Shown here: one piece after another, positions 26,016 to 39,760 of the stretch | How the letters are laid out: the number at the start of each line of letters is the position of its first letter | Numbering within the stretch: position 1 is the first letter of the stretch | Origin: Octopus bimaculoides | Taxonomy: Eukaryota | DNA length: 64,000 nucleotides | Direction: 5' to 3' | Assembly: GCF_001194135.2 (NCBI RefSeq) | Contig: NC_068982.1 | Coordinates: 93,275,424 to 93,339,423, forward strand | Translations under genes and position numbers: made by a program | The notes under the pieces: generated by a model | Seen by the model: the letters and a program-made list of their open reading frames with translations, nothing else | Databases searched by the model: none | Told to the model about the DNA's origin: nothing

Positions 26016-27736
26016 TGACACATTATACTAAAGTTAGAAATAAAGAATAGAAAATTGATTATATTTAAAGTTAATTTTCAGTCTGATTTTTAACGCACAA
26101 TTTGTTAGAGTTGATTATCAATAGCTGAACGACTAGGTGGTCCCACAGATCGTTGTCCCAGATGAACCTTGAAGGTGACAGCACAGTACACTTAGACATA
26201 CAGTGATGACTCGTGTAGTGTGACAGTCCAGACTCGTAGTACTTACCCTACTGCCCAGTCTATTCTGGTTCGACTGTTTCTGTTTAGCCTCAGTTCAGAA
26301 ATTATCGAAGTTATCAAACATATCTATGATCAAAAGCATTCTTGCAATGACCATCTCGTTTTTCGTATATCAATGACTACATTGATTAATGTATTCTTCT
26401 TTATTTAAGATAGAGCGTGTTATGTGAGGGAGTATTTATTATTTCTAGTGTGATGAGGAACCGTGTAGAGGATCCGTTACAGTGTGTCAGTTTGGATATG
26501 TTGCGCTCACTCCACTGCGCAGTCCATTTATGTACCTAGAGACTCCGGTGTTGGCCACAGTAGAGGTTGGCAGGCTGCATTACGTTAGAGAGTGGTCGTT
26601 GCACTTCATTCCAACACATTGTTTTAGACAACTTTTGTTCCCGATATTGCAGATATTTCAATATATGTGTGTACTTTATATTTGTTTGGGTTGAGTGGGA
26701 ACAACATTGCTCCGGTATTGTATGAACAAGTGGTCGTTCATTTCAAGTATCTTTTGTTTTGTTGTGTAAACGAATAGTATTTCATGTATAACCTGTGATA
26801 GGTAATGTGTAGTATGCAATTTTATGTACTTTATAATTGCAGTAGTATTATGTAGAATGTTTATACCACTGGGTGTTTATAGTGGATACAGGCCCTTAAA
26901 GATCTAGAATTAAATTGACTTGATTGTTGTCCTTTGTTAAAATAATTTTTCCATAGATTCGATACAGTTTCTAGATTATGCTTTTAAAACTTTTTAGCTT
27001 GTATAGCCTTAAGCTTTCTATCTAGTTTTTGTATCATGTGTTAAACGAGGCAAAACACTGAATTCACTCTGTTTTTAATGTTTTAGGAAATTAATAAAGC
27101 ATCTGATTCATTATGTTAAACTTCATATTCACTTATCTTGCTAGAACTAGTTAATTGACTAATTAGCTTGTTAACAGAATTAACAGAATTTATCTTCATA
27201 AATTCTGTTAACCTAGGAGGAACAAATATTAGTCTCTTACTTGAAGAGATAGACTGGTAAGTGTTCTATAGGGCAACTCGGTAACTCCGCCAACAATTTT
27301 GTAGACTTCTTTCTCTTTTCTGTCTCAGATGAATGGTTATCATGTCTAATATCACGCATATTATAATCCTGAAAGTTAATTTACTATCCGATTGATTTTA
27401 AGTCCAGTATTTAATGCATTTTACCAGTCCAAGTATAATTCTTTAAACATATAACGCGCAGTTCAACCACGTTTCTTTTCTATACAATCTTGTTAGGATT
27501 TTTTTTTCTTTTGTATTTCACCTTTCTGCTATTATTAATTATCTGACAAACCTTTATGGTTGCTGTCACTCTCCTCTAAAAGTCGGTTATATAAAGCCTT
27601 CAGCAATACACTTAAAATACTAGTTACATACAAACACACACAGACACAGACATGTATGTATGTATATAGATATATATACATATAAATGTGTATATTTATG
27701 TGTGTGTGTGTGTGTTTTGTGTGTGTATGTGTGTGT

Positions 27737-27771
<35 letters not shown>

Positions 27772-27781
27772 NNNNNNNNNN

Positions 27782-27827
<46 letters not shown>

Positions 27828-29299
27828 AAGAACGAGATATTACAATATACCTGAGGGAACTGGCTCCACTATAAACCTCATGTTCTCGCTCTCCAACTCC
27901 TAAATTTCTCAATACAAACCTAGAATGTATTTCTGTAACAAAAAAATATAAATAAACAGAAAGTATTCTAAGTCTGTAAAAGTACTTAACGATTCAGAGC
28001 TATCAGTGTGAAAACCCAGTGACAGTCTGCACCAATTGAAGACAATTCAAATCCAAATACAGCCTATCGTTTAATGGTCCATATGGACTTCGTTTTCCTG
28101 ACAAGATCCTAATATTACTGTCTTACTCGCTGCCATAACAACTTTCTCTTCAGATAGTACATCAATTCTCTGTAGTCACTGAGGCGTTCCTCTAGTCACA
28201 AAGCTAAATATAATAGGTCACTCGATATGTGTGTGTCTATGTAAGTACATACGTAGAAAGAATGTATGTGTGTGAGGAAGAGAGATAGAGAAAGAGAAAG
28301 AAGTGGGGAAGAAGGTACGAGAGTAAGAGAATATTTGGTGATGAGTCTCATAACCCAGCGGGTTATCTTCATATCTAAGGCAAATCATCCTGTTGGAACC
28401 CGTTCCCCTTCAACTTATACCCACGGGAAGAATTGAACGCAGCACTGAAAGTTAACGAAACACTCATAAATTTTATTGTGTTCCTGTTGATCACTATGAT
28501 CCCGCTGCTTGCAGCAATGAGCTATGGTATCTACTTACAGCCTGGTATTTATTTACAGCCCCACCATAATATCTATTTACAACCTGGTGAACTGAGAAGC
28601 CGTTGAGGATCAGATGCCTTCATTATGGACACAATGCAGTCAGTCCTTATGACAGAATACAAACTGCTCGCTCTTGGATACTGTATCCAATCAGCACTCT
28701 GCCAATCTAAGATTAAATGTCTATAAATTGAGCACACAATCAAACTGAAAATATGTTTCGCTATTTATTTCTCTCACAGGCAAGGCAGTGTGGTTTAGAA
28801 CTTCACTTCGCAATCACTTCGTTCAATTTTTCTGGAAGCATCTTGAGTAAGATAACCTCAGGTTGACCCATAACGTAAGTGAAGCTACGTAGACGAAAAC
28901 AAAGCCCCGGGTAGATTGTACTGCGTTATATAAATATGTATATATGTATACATGCAAAACGAGAGAAAACGAAAAGTGGAGACCTTCAGACGATCATTAT
29001 GTATAAATATATAGATATTTATATTAATAGATCCAACTTACACAGAGTGCAAATGACAGAGAAAATCAAAGGTGAGGACGAAAGGTGTTATAAGTCAAAC
29101 AGCTGTTTCTGGAAGCTTGGAGAGGCATCATAATGTTGGTAGATGTAGTTCATCACAATATGCGGCCGTAATGGAAGCAATCAACATTGGATAAATCGAT
29201 AAATCAACATTCAATAAATAGAGTCACCATCATCACGGTAGAAAAGATTTTTACAATTCAGGTCGTAACGCAGAGAAATTCAAAGATGGAATGATTAAA

Positions 29300-29950
29300 T
29301 CTGAAGAGGTGGCCGTATTAGAAGGAGGAAGGAGGAGGGTCGCTAGGGTTATGGGGAGTGTAAAGAAAGGGAATGGTGAGAAGAGATGAGAGAGCGAGTT
29401 CAAGAAGAAGGAGAGGGTTAATAATGAGGGGGTTGATAATTAAGGGAGGTGATAGTAGAGCTGTAGAGTAGGGAGGTGAGTGAGAGGGTGGGATAGATAC
29501 TAACTGAAGGACGGTCATCTATTGTTGGGTCTGTTGATAGGTGTCAAAGTTTATGGATACTAACTATAGAACTATTGGAAGTTGAAATAGTGAGAAAAGG
29601 GATGGAAATTATCTGATGGAGGGAAAGTGTCTAATTCGGCGGCAGAGGGAGATTACTAAGGTATGAGAGGAGATAGAGGGAGGTGAACAGAGTGGGGGTG
29701 AGAGTCGGTGGTCAAGGTAACAGTGGTTAGTACTATAATGAAGGTGGGTTGATGGTGGAAGGGGTGTATTGAGGTACGCAGAGGTGTATGAAATTGAATT
29801 GAGGGAGGTGAATAGAGAAGGAAGGAGAGGTTAGTAGCTAATTGAGTGGGGTAGTTATAAGTGCTTTTGGTTGAAGAGGAGAAATGATAGAATGGGGAAA
29901 GAATACCACTCGTGAAAATAGGGAGGCTGCATGTTGCGGGTAAGATGAAT
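29300..29950 (-). mobile_element. Very old LINE RT fragment (I/Jockey/L2-like), purine-rich on plus strand
   Basis: Broken minus-strand translation with PINRPNN..PS.S.YPTLSLTSLL and IINPLLLLLE, resembling the PK....PSSYRPISLTS..LE..I..RL..LE region. Weak. Confidence 0.3.
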
Positions 29951-29953
29951 TTG

Positions 29954-30015
<62 letters not shown>

Positions 30016-30094
30016 TGTATGTATGTATGTATGTATACGCGCACGCTCTCTCTCTCTATCTCTCTCTCTCACGCGCGCGCACACACACATACAC

Positions 30095-30235
30095 GCGCGC
30101 GCGCACACACATACACAAAACGGGCTTCTTTCAGTTTCTGTCCACCAAATCCACTTACAAGACTTTGGTCGGATCGAAGCTATAGTAGAATACATTTACC
30201 CAAGGTGCGACGATGGGACTGAACCCGTAAAATTT
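30095..30235 (-). mobile_element. 5' part of SINE family C followed by its internal microsatellite
   Basis: Minus strand gggttcagtcccatcgtcgcaccttgggtaaatgtattctactatagc...gtggatttggtggacagaaactgaaagaagcccg (B-box-like GGTTCAGTCCC). Confidence 0.75.
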
Positions 30236-33200
30236 ATTTGATCATAAATTGACAAAACTTTAATGCAAATGTCATCAGATATATTTATTAGTTAATTCTT
30301 CCGTGTAAACATCGGGTTATGATTGGTTACTTGCTATATTTTATATTAGTAGAATAGCCAACCCGCTAGCGCTAAATATCTGATGAAGCAACTGTGAAAT
30401 ATTTGCGATACTTGTGGAGTTTTAACAGTAAAATGATAAAAAAAAAAACGAAAAGAGAGAGAGAGATACTACGGCATTTGAAAACAAAGGACAAGGAGGC
30501 AGATGTGCTTTGTAGTGTAATCGGTAACCTGGTCGCTCGACTAGCGATACATGCATGGTAAAAATCCAGTGGATATCCTATGAGTTATTTTTCTGTTTCA
30601 ATGTTTCATACGATATCATCATCTCCATTTGATATACATTTGACGTATTTCTGCTATGATGGCAACTTACATTTTATTACTTTAAGAAAATTCAAAATAC
30701 TTTATTCAACCATTCGGTTGATGTACACTTATTCAGCGAGCAATATCCGTGACTGAAATCAAAGTAATGTTCTCTAACATTATAGCATTTATTACTTACA
30801 CTTTTAACCTTTTTTTTTTTAATCATTACATTCTGCGTTCCCTCTTACATCTTCCACAACAGTATCGCCCTCTATCCCCTGATTAGTTGGATACATGTTT
30901 TTTTTTTTTAAGCATCAAACTCGGTCATATTTCTAGGAGTGTCGTACAATATGCACAGTTGTTCAGCCAGAGAATCAAAAGATTTTTTTTTTTTTGGAAT
31001 CTCTCCATACTATGTATTATTGTAGCTTACTTCAAACTTCCAGTACAATTTCATGTGGCTATATACCTTCCCTTTTCTTCAAAATAAAATGTATACAAAA
31101 TTGGCATAAATAGACTACATACATCATTCATTCACGCTTAGCTTTCATATTTACCAACCAGTTCACATCAAAGCGAAATCTACTATTTTTTTATAACACA
31201 ATCTTTGTCTCTTCTTCCACAGGTTTTTTCATCATTAGAAACATATAATCTGTGGTACAAATCACTGGTAAAAATTCAAATTGCAAACTACTCAGCATTA
31301 GGTTGCAGTGACCGTCATCATCACCTTTCATTGCCTCCCATGGTTACCGTTCTGTAAAGTATCACGCTTTCTGGGTGGTTAAATACTATTTCAGTTGGTC
31401 CTAGATCTGTGTAGATGCTGTTATAGCTAACTTTACATTTATCTAAATATTCTATTCATTCATGCCTTAGGGTAGTGGGTTCGTAGAACTTATTAAGCGA
31501 CTGGTAAAGTATCTTGTGGTATTCATTTCTGCCCCTTTATCTTCATGCCTTGCAGTATATATTTATGTTCCTTTATATTCTGAGTTCAAAACTTGACTTT
31601 TACTTTCATCCATTCGAGATTGATAGAATAATTGATTAAAACCATTACATTATTTAGACACCTTATGTGTTTTTGAGCAGTTAACTTTCATTCAATTCGC
31701 ACCCTACCGTCTTTAAAATATGGAAAGACATTAGAGAACGGTTCGACAAATTATGTCTCAAAAATATGGGATTATCACGATTAGAACGGCAGCTTCGTTC
31801 ATTACAGGTTAGACTAATGAGAGCTGACTTGAGTTTAAATAACAACTCTTTTCCCGTTATATAACATCTATGCCTTGCCGGTATTGCTGCTTTACTCATT
31901 CAAACGAAGGAGTCCCTACCACTCATTCGGCCTGCTAGAAAATGCAACTAAATTTTCCTACCGTGTAAAAAAAACCAAAAAAAAAAACACGAAATACACA
32001 TTGGGTGGTATAGTCCTAATACACTAAGCCTGAAGAAAAAATAGAATAGTCGCGGATGGAATAATTTTTAACATAGGCTGGCTCAATCGGAGATGATCTC
32101 ACAAGAAGACCAATAACAACTGCTTTATGTGTGTGAGCCTAAAAGAGATACGATGTCGTTCTGGACTTCATATATAGTTTTCACCAGTCATCAGTGTTCA
32201 CCTCTTTTACCTGTTCTAGCCACTGGGTTGAGATCATGCTGCGGTGCCAACATTCCTATTACATTTTAAATGTATCTTCACATCCAACAGCGGTAAATAA
32301 ACTATAATTAATTGGTTGACTGATATTAATACCATTTTACTTTTGACTTAAATAGATTTTAAATTACTTTTATTGTTATTGCTATTGTTCTTTTTCTTGT
32401 TCACCTCTTAAGCTCCAACATAAAAGACGTATTTTAAAGTTTTCGTTTTGTGGCTACTTGCCATCTTTATTACAAAACAAGTCTGTGTTTTGAAGTGGCT
32501 TTCAACAAAAACGTTCTTTTATTATTTTACTTGTCTCACTTCATCTTTGGCAATAATCCAGACTTATCGTTATTTACCCCGAACATTTTCTTTAGCTTCA
32601 TCTATCCTTTTCAAATAATACTCAACGAGCGAAGCACTTCTTAAATTGTATTTTTCTTTTCTGCTTTTATGATTTTCCGGTACATTTATTTTGAAAGTAT
32701 TTTGTTTACTTTCAAAGAAAAATCCTCCATTTCGCTCCTGTTTATATATTCTTGCATGTTCCATGAAATCTTATAGCAGATTTCAGATAATAGTTGGTTA
32801 TCAAAATACATAATATAATATATCTGTAGAGTTTCTCCCTTTTTGTTTGCAAATAAAGACATAAATATTTTAGAATGGGTTCTTCTCAGATATATAAATA
32901 CACCAGTGTTTCTTCTGATCCCCTTTGAGCAAGATAGATCAGTGTTGATCTACTAAGAGGCCCCATGATGATGAAATTACAACATTGCTCAATTTAAACT
33001 AGTTGATTTGGGTAACGTATTTGTGAATCTGTCACTTCAACTGAAGGCAACCAAAGTACATTTTAAGACGTTAGTATTACACCAAATTTATATCCAAGAC
33101 TATTTGCAGCAGTCAAAATATCTTTTCTTTTAAAAAATTTCAACATCTTAATTTTTCAAAATGAGATATCAAGACTTAAATGAAATTCATTTTCATTTCT

Positions 33201-33922
33201 AATTCTATGTGTGTGTTGCATTTATTCACAAGATACTTGCTCTGAAACAAATGTCGCAGTATTTAAAAAGATCATTTTTCCTATAAAATCACACTGGTTG
33301 TACCCACTGTATAATTATTAATTAATTAATTAATTAACTAATTAATTAATAGACATATAAATGTCTTTTAACACATAACTGTGGCCTTTTCAATGATAAT
33401 TTTTCCTTTCGTCGCTCTTGAAATTTTCTTTTGTTTGCTGTCTGTTTATTTTAATATATATGTGCAGGTATATATACTATACCTATGAGTAAATGTAACA
33501 GAGGTGGTGGTGTGGGTGTTTATGATTGTAAATACCCGTGTATATTTTGGTTTTTCATTTTTATTATACACACACAGATATTCATACATACATGCATACA
33601 TATAGTCATACATACATAATTACATACATACATATTTACATATACACAAATATATGTATAAACATACATTATAACAGTTATAAAGGTCTGCTGTTCAGCA
33701 GATGTAAAAATTTGTTCCGCCAAAATCTGATGGTCATCTGCTTAGACACCTACGGTTTCTCTGCTCGAATTATAAACTCACATTTGACTTTTTATTATTT
33801 GAATACAATTATTGAGACGGAAGGTTGTGGACTATTTTCGTATCGAAGAATGATAAGCTGAACAAGTTCTTTTTATATTCTACGGTAGGTGACCAAGGTT
33901 GCTGGGCGTGCGAATAAGAATA

Positions 33923-34050
33923 CAAGAGTTGCGGAATGGAGTAGGAAAAAGTGGATTTTACTTCGGAAGTGGTAAAATCCATTTCCGAGGTTCCACTCGC
34001 TATAAAACATATGTAGCCCGAATCGTGCCTACTCCATTCCGCAACTCTTG
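33923..34050. mobile_element. 128-bp MITE with perfect 23-bp TIRs (Tc1/mariner-like)
   Basis: CAAGAGTTGCGGAATGGAGTAGG (33923-33945) / CCTACTCCATTCCGCAACTCTTG (34028-34050); TA on the left, CA(TG)n on the right; internal palindrome TGGATTTTAC..GTAAAATCCA. Confidence 0.8.
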
Positions 34051-34155
<105 letters not shown>

Positions 34156-34699
34156 TTGTGTGTGTGTGTTTGTGTGTGTGTAGAAACCTGCTCCTTGTCG
34201 GAGGAATTCAAATAATCATATGCATGCATGTGTGTGCGTGTGTGTGTATGTATGTATGTATGTATGTATGTATGTATTATGTATGTATATATGTATGTAT
34301 GCATGTATGTATATATGTATGTGTGTAAGTAGCTACGTATAATTGTTTGAATTCTTTCTTTCCTACAAGAAAAAGAGTTTATTATTGTTGGGATCAGGAT
34401 AGCAAATACGAGTAGTGTTGTATGGTGAGCATATTTTTAATGTATTCGTAAAGTGCGTTTTAGCTGGTCACTTTCTTATTGTGACTGCTGTTGTCTTTGT
34501 TGTTGTTGTGTTTACTAGCGGAAAACGTTGGTCTGGATCTCATAAGTTGTTATCTAAATTTGCTGTTTTGAGCAAAGTAATTTTTGTTTTTGTTGTACCA
34601 TTTCGTTAGTAAGCCGACAAATATCTACTGAAGCAAGTTGGTTTTGACGTCGTTATATCTCAAAGCAATCTAGCTTTGAAAATGAATGTTTAGAATGTG

Positions 34700-36000
34700 A
34701 ATTCATTTATATAAAAACAAATATGGCTTCTCAAATCGAGGGAAGAAATGACTCTTGGAAGTCCATTGTGGAAGTACTTTTCCACTTGCTGCTACAGGTA
34801 ACAGAGAATGTATGAATAACAACACCAATGACAATGATAATGATGATAAAAAAACAACACAAATGAAAAGAAACGTGAAAGTAACACCACCACCACACCT
34901 CACATCGCTACAAATACTACCAACAACAAAGACAAAGACAAAAGGGACATTAAAACAAATACGATCTCCACTACAAGCACAAACTTTAATACAATAACAA
35001 CAGTAAACATAGATGCTTTCAAAGTGGAAACGGGTTTCTCAAATGTATGCAGAAGACTATTTTTTTCTATCTGAAGAACTAAGAAATGCAAAAAATCGTC
35101 TTATAAAATATGGCAGGTCAATATGCCTTGATACTCTGTAACATATTCAAAAAAGAAACCTAAAGAAAGACTCAAAACATTGGACTCAAAACAATGCGAC
35201 TTGGACATGCCACGCAGGCTCTGATGGAAAAGTGTCTTAAACTAAACTGAAGCATTAAAACCTATGTCGCTCGAGGAACACATTTTGGCACAGTTGAAGT
35301 GATTTTTCAAATGGAATAAGAAGCAGTGAAGCAAAATTCAGCCACAAAACTAAACAGTGACGAGATGCTACCGATTCTAACCTACCTCGACCGCAGAGTA
35401 GTGAAAGTAAAGGTGGTTGCAGTACAACGGGAGCTGATATCTCCTTGCTTGTAGAAGTCGTAATATGCGATAAAGAAAATATAAAACAAGTATTCTGCTA
35501 GTCCACAGACTGGGAAAGGAAAATTGCTTTGCCACAGGAATGGAACTACTGATACCAAACAGATCAACATTTCATGGAAGTTGTCCCTAACTTGATCAAC
35601 TACTCAAATTGTTTTCAGCTTTTCATAGCAGTTGAGGGCAGAAAACCGAATACCGCCATATATGTGGAGATGTAAACTATCTAAGAGCTTTCTGTCCATT
35701 GAAAGAAACGTAGAAAAATCTTTCTACTGCAGACATTCCCCGCCCCAAAACTGTAGAATCAGCAACAAAATCAGCATCAGTACCAACAACAGTAGCACCA
35801 AAAACAGCAACAGACGCATCAGAAGGAACAAGAGGAAGACATCCAACAGCAACAGTAACAGGCACCAACACCACAACTCAGAAAAAATATCACCGATACT
35901 ACCACAATCCAAAGAGATCCCCACCTGCACAAGTTAACCAGACTGCAAATACAGACTTACTTAAATGCGCAAACTTACTTCTTCCACAGCCACATATGTC
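34700..36000 (+). mobile_element. Decayed gag-like ORF1 of a non-LTR retroelement (L1/Tx1-like) with zinc-knuckle remnant
   Basis: Broken translation YVARGTHFGTVEVIFQ...LPILTYLDRRVVKVKV, then VEGRKP-(frameshift)-HICGDVNYLRAFCPLKE (35631-35705; CxxC-H-C-like), then a Q/T/N-rich low-complexity tail. Confidence 0.4.
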
Positions 36001-36748
36001 TTCAACTGCGAAAACTCGGCTCCCCAGGAAATCCTTTCCAGAAACTCGCCAGAATGGATACTTGTTATGGACAAGATAATACAAATAGTATAATGAAAAA
36101 CGCTGCATCAAACCAAAAATAATTAGCTTAAATGAAAAGACACAAAACCCCACGAAACACACCTCACGAAACAACACAACCACAAATATATTCAAACACT
36201 AGAAACACCACCATTTAAAACACAACAAACGAAGACACAAAACCAACTACATTCTCAGACCAAACAAACAAAAAGTATCATCAACTTCACGGTCATAGAT
36301 ACAAACAACAAGGACTTGAGGAAAAATATACATTAAAACACATTAACCAAAATGACTACATCACACTACCACATAACATGCCAGCCCATATTAAAATCTT
36401 AAAAACAGGCCAATATACTTATAACAGACTGAAAACAAGATATTCCAGTGGAATGGAAGACTTCTCAAGGAGCTATTAACAAAGGCCTTAATAAAGAACT
36501 ACTTGTAAACTCACCCACATATAACCAGAAGAACGAAGCAGCTGTCCCTCCACAGAAATAAGGTAAATAGTCATTCTTAGTTCCCTCCTTCTCGTCAAAC
36601 ATGGCTGTACTGAAAATATGCAGTTAAACTTTAGACATATATCTGTATTACAATAAGAATATATACAAATGTAATTGCATATAAAAAGTAGATCAAATTT
36701 CCTTCAAGTAATTTCTGGTTAACAAAATAATACTTCCAGATATTCGGC

Positions 36749-36777
36749 ACCCGGGCAATGGCGGGTACCTTTGCTCG
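36749..36777 (+). mobile_element. Orphan Helitron 3' terminus
   Basis: ACCCG-GGCAATGG-CGGGT-ACCTTTG-CTCG|T: hairpin, short spacer and degenerate CTAG; same motif family as the 16292 terminator. Confidence 0.6.
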
Positions 36778-36832
36778 TATATGTGTGGGGAGTGGTGCCT
36801 ATGTGCGTGTTATGAGTAGAGATCTGTATGTG

Positions 36833-36878
<46 letters not shown>

Positions 36879-37369
36879 TACCTACGTACGTACGAGCTGC
36901 GTATGCATGCGGGTGTGTATTATATATTGCCCGCAGCTGTTATCTCTTGTGTTTCTACTCGGAGTTTTAAGTGTTCCCATGAAACTCCGATAGCAATGGA
37001 GTATATACCAACAGTGTATAGAAAATAATTATTCTCTACGATACGCATTAAATGCCTTTTTACTCGTTTGCGAAACAAAAACAAAGAAATGTATGTGTAT
37101 GTGCTTTTAGCGTGTATGTACGTTAGAGAGAGAGAAAGAGATGGGAGGGAGAAAGAGAGAAACGTTGTTCAGTAGCTTATAAAACGTATGGATGGCTGAT
37201 AAGTGTCTCTTGATAATGCTCAGAAAACCCCTAGCTACATTAGATATTACATTTGAATCATATTGTTCAACTTCTATTCAGTCGCAATCAACAACACAGC
37301 AAACCCAACGTCATTGTTACTTTCAAGTGCACAAAGAATGTCTGAAGAACCAACCAAAACAACTAGAAC

Positions 37370-37740
37370 CCGGATGCATTTTCTGGATCAAAGACAACTG
37401 TCCGCTTAACAGTAAATACCTATGCAAAGTAATTACATATATAGATAAGGCAAGATCCCAAGTGGGTAACTTAAAAATGGTAAAAGATATATCGGTACTT
37501 GCGAAAGCAGCTTCAAAAACCGTTTCCTCAACCACATGTTCAATTTTAGGAACGGAGGAAAATAAACACCAAACTCAAAGAAATGTCACAGCTTTGTCAA
37601 AACATGTAAGGAAGCTGAATGACTTCAGTGTAAAGAGATGATCAAAAGCCAGACACATAAAAACTATAAAGTATTTTATCTGGTGATGAACGGCCAACTC
37701 TATCACGTAATAACGAAAATGATTTTTTTCTAAAGATAGG
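37370..37740 (+). mobile_element. Penelope-like GIY-YIG endonuclease fragment
   Basis: DNCPLNSKYLCKVITY, then (other frame) RYIGTCESSFKNRFLNHMFNFR, then TALSKHVRKL: the PLE GIY-YIG motif order (CPL...IY; YIG.TE..FK.R..NH; T.LSK..W.L). Confidence 0.75.
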
Positions 37741-37789
37741 TACAAGACAGCTAGGTTTATTTGTTTTTCTGGGAGAATGGATGTGTAGT

Positions 37790-37950
37790 GCATTAAATTC
37801 TCCCGGCACTTATGTGGTATTTTACTTAGATCGACTCTGTAAAGATGAAAGATGACGTCGATCCCAGCAGGTTTTGAACTCAGAGTGTAAAGAAATGTTA
37901 CCAAATACTGTAAGGCATTCTATTTACCTATCTACCATTTTTGAAATCAC
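37790..37950 (-). mobile_element. Degenerate SINE family A copy
   Basis: tggtattttacttagatcgact...gatgaaagatgacgtcgatcccagcaggttttgaactcagagtgtaaag is reverse-complementary to the family A body. Confidence 0.55.
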
Positions 37951-37968
37951 AAGCGCTCACCTTGCTTG

Positions 37969-38017
<49 letters not shown>
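37969..38017. repeat. (TAA)n microsatellite, apparent target of R4/Dong-like insertion
   Basis: Pure TAA run directly abutting the 5'-truncated LINE. Confidence 0.95.
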
Positions 38018-38019
<2 letters not shown>

Positions 38020-38692
38020 GCTACGGATCATGATAAAACGATGGCAAGAAAAGCCCTACCATGGCAAATACTGGGTTAAACTAAACAGAAAAGAAATAGT
38101 CAAAGCAAAATCCCAACAATGGCTGAGAAGCTCAACACTCAAAGTAGAAACTGAAGGATTTTTAATTGCAGCACAAGATCAAAGCCTCCTCACCAGAAAT
38201 TACCAAAAACATGTAACGAAAATAAATGCAAGTAACTGCGGAATATGTGAAGATACTCACAGATAGAGAAATTAAGACCAATAGGCCGAATATAGTTGCC
38301 AGAGATCACCAAGAAAAAAAAAATGCTTTCTAATCGATGTATCAATGCCAACAGATGACTGTTTCTCTAAAAGAAACGGAGAAACTTTCAAAACACAAAG
38401 ATCTGAAAATAGAGGTAACACGAATGTGAAGTCTAAAAACAGAAACAACTATCATAGTAGGCGCATAAGGTACGATTAAAAAATATTCAAACAAATACGT
38501 AACAAAACACCAGGACTAACAAGTATATATAACACACATAAAATAGTATTACTTGGCACCGCACACATCTTACGTAAATCACTTTCAATACAGTAACAAT
38601 TAGAGTATCACAACAAACCACAGCACATACTCAAGACACACAGAGCTGCGCTCGGTAGTGCAGTGAAAGCACCTTATAAAAATAAAACTAGT
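38018..38692 (+). mobile_element. 5'-truncated R4/Dong-like non-LTR retrotransposon, 3' end with RLE domain (subfamily 1)
   Basis: MIKRWQEKPYHGKYW...LKVETEGFLIAAQDQSLLTRNY...CGICE, then NRPNIV.RDHQEKK.CFLIDVSMP, KHKDLKIEVTRM, IIVGA.GTIKK, ..LLGTAHILRKSLSI, 3' UTR, then (GAA)n. Confidence 0.9.
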
Positions 38693-38794
38693 GAAGAAGA
38701 AGAAGAAGAAGAAGAAGAAGAAGAAGAAGAAGAAGAAGAAGAAGAAGAAGAAGAAGAAGAAGAAGAAGAAGAAGAAGAAGAAGAAGAAGAAGAA
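38693..38794. repeat. (GAA)n microsatellite
   Basis: About 34 pure GAA units. Confidence 0.95.
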
Positions 38795-38795
38795 G

Positions 38796-39145
38796 CATGA
38801 TAATCGACATAGCATGTCCCGGTGACAACAGGACCAAAGATAAAGAAGAAAAACTGAACAACTACGACGATTTGAAATGGGAAATACAAAAGTTGTAGTA
38901 AATGAGTAGAGTAGTAATTAGGGCACTGAGAAGTATCAGCACTCAACTACCAGCATGGATCAAAAAGACTGGTACAAATGTAAAGATAGAACACCTACAA
39001 AAATCAGCATTGCTTGGAACTGCAAGACTTTTTTGCGGGATTCTTGAAGCATGACCAGTAAACAAGTGTCAACTTAGTCTGCTGGCTATGGACAGCTGAC
39101 ACTTTCCATCATGCCCAGCAAAATAAGCTGCGAGTTTTCATCAAG
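38796..39145 (+). mobile_element. 5'-truncated R4/Dong-like 3' fragment (subfamily 2) followed by (TAA)n 39146-39246; an extra 3' UTR copy at 39247-39319
   Basis: MIIDIACPGDNRTKDKEEKLNNYDDLKWEIQKL...EHLQKSALLGTARL: RLE C-terminus. The 3' UTR motif ggcta/gtggaca/ggct.acactttccat.at.cccagcaaaataagctg occurs twice. Confidence 0.88.
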
Positions 39146-39165
39146 TAATAATAATAATAATAATG

Positions 39166-39246
<81 letters not shown>

Positions 39247-39402
39247 GGCTGTGGACGGCTAACACTTTCCATTATACCCAGCAAAATAAGCTGAGTTTTC
39301 ATATAGTAACAATAATAATGGTTTCAAAATTGTCCACAAGGGCAGCAATTTTGGGGGAGAGGATGAGTCGATTACAGCCATCTCAGTGTTTAACTGGTAC
39401 TT

Positions 39403-39712
39403 ACTAGCGATTGTTAAACAAGTTAGTGATGACATCAGGATGCAATCTGGCCTCGATAAATGTGCAAAAGCTACTTTTATCAAAGGAAAAATGACAAAAA
39501 CATCCAACGTTAATCTTGACCAGCAGAATGTCATAAAGGAGTTAGAACCAGCGGAGAGCTACAAATACCTAAGGGTATTAGAAGGTGATGGAATCAAGCA
39601 TTCAATGATGAGAGAAAGGATCAGAAGAGAATGTTATCGCAGGGTAAGAGCAATACTCAAGACAGCCTAATGTAAGGAACAGGCTCGAAGCGATCAATAC
39701 TTTGGCCATACA
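39403..39712 (+). mobile_element. R4/Dong-like RT thumb fragment
   Basis: IVKQVSDDIRMQSGLDKCAKATFIKGK...ELEPAESYKYLRVLEGDGIKHSMMRERIRRECYRRVRAILKT..RNRLEAINTLAI. Confidence 0.88.
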
Positions 39713-39760
39713 TCTAGTGATGACACTGCTAATTGCGTAACCTGATAATCACAACCTCAT

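Noticed and set aside
30380-30410. CTGATGA...GAAA hammerhead-like core
   Set aside because: No stem II pairing and no stem I complement.
27329-31270. Strong plus-strand acceptor-like sites at ~27329 and ~31222
   Set aside because: Followed by early stops or only a 45-nt frame with a mediocre donor; polypyrimidine+AG is common in this DNA.
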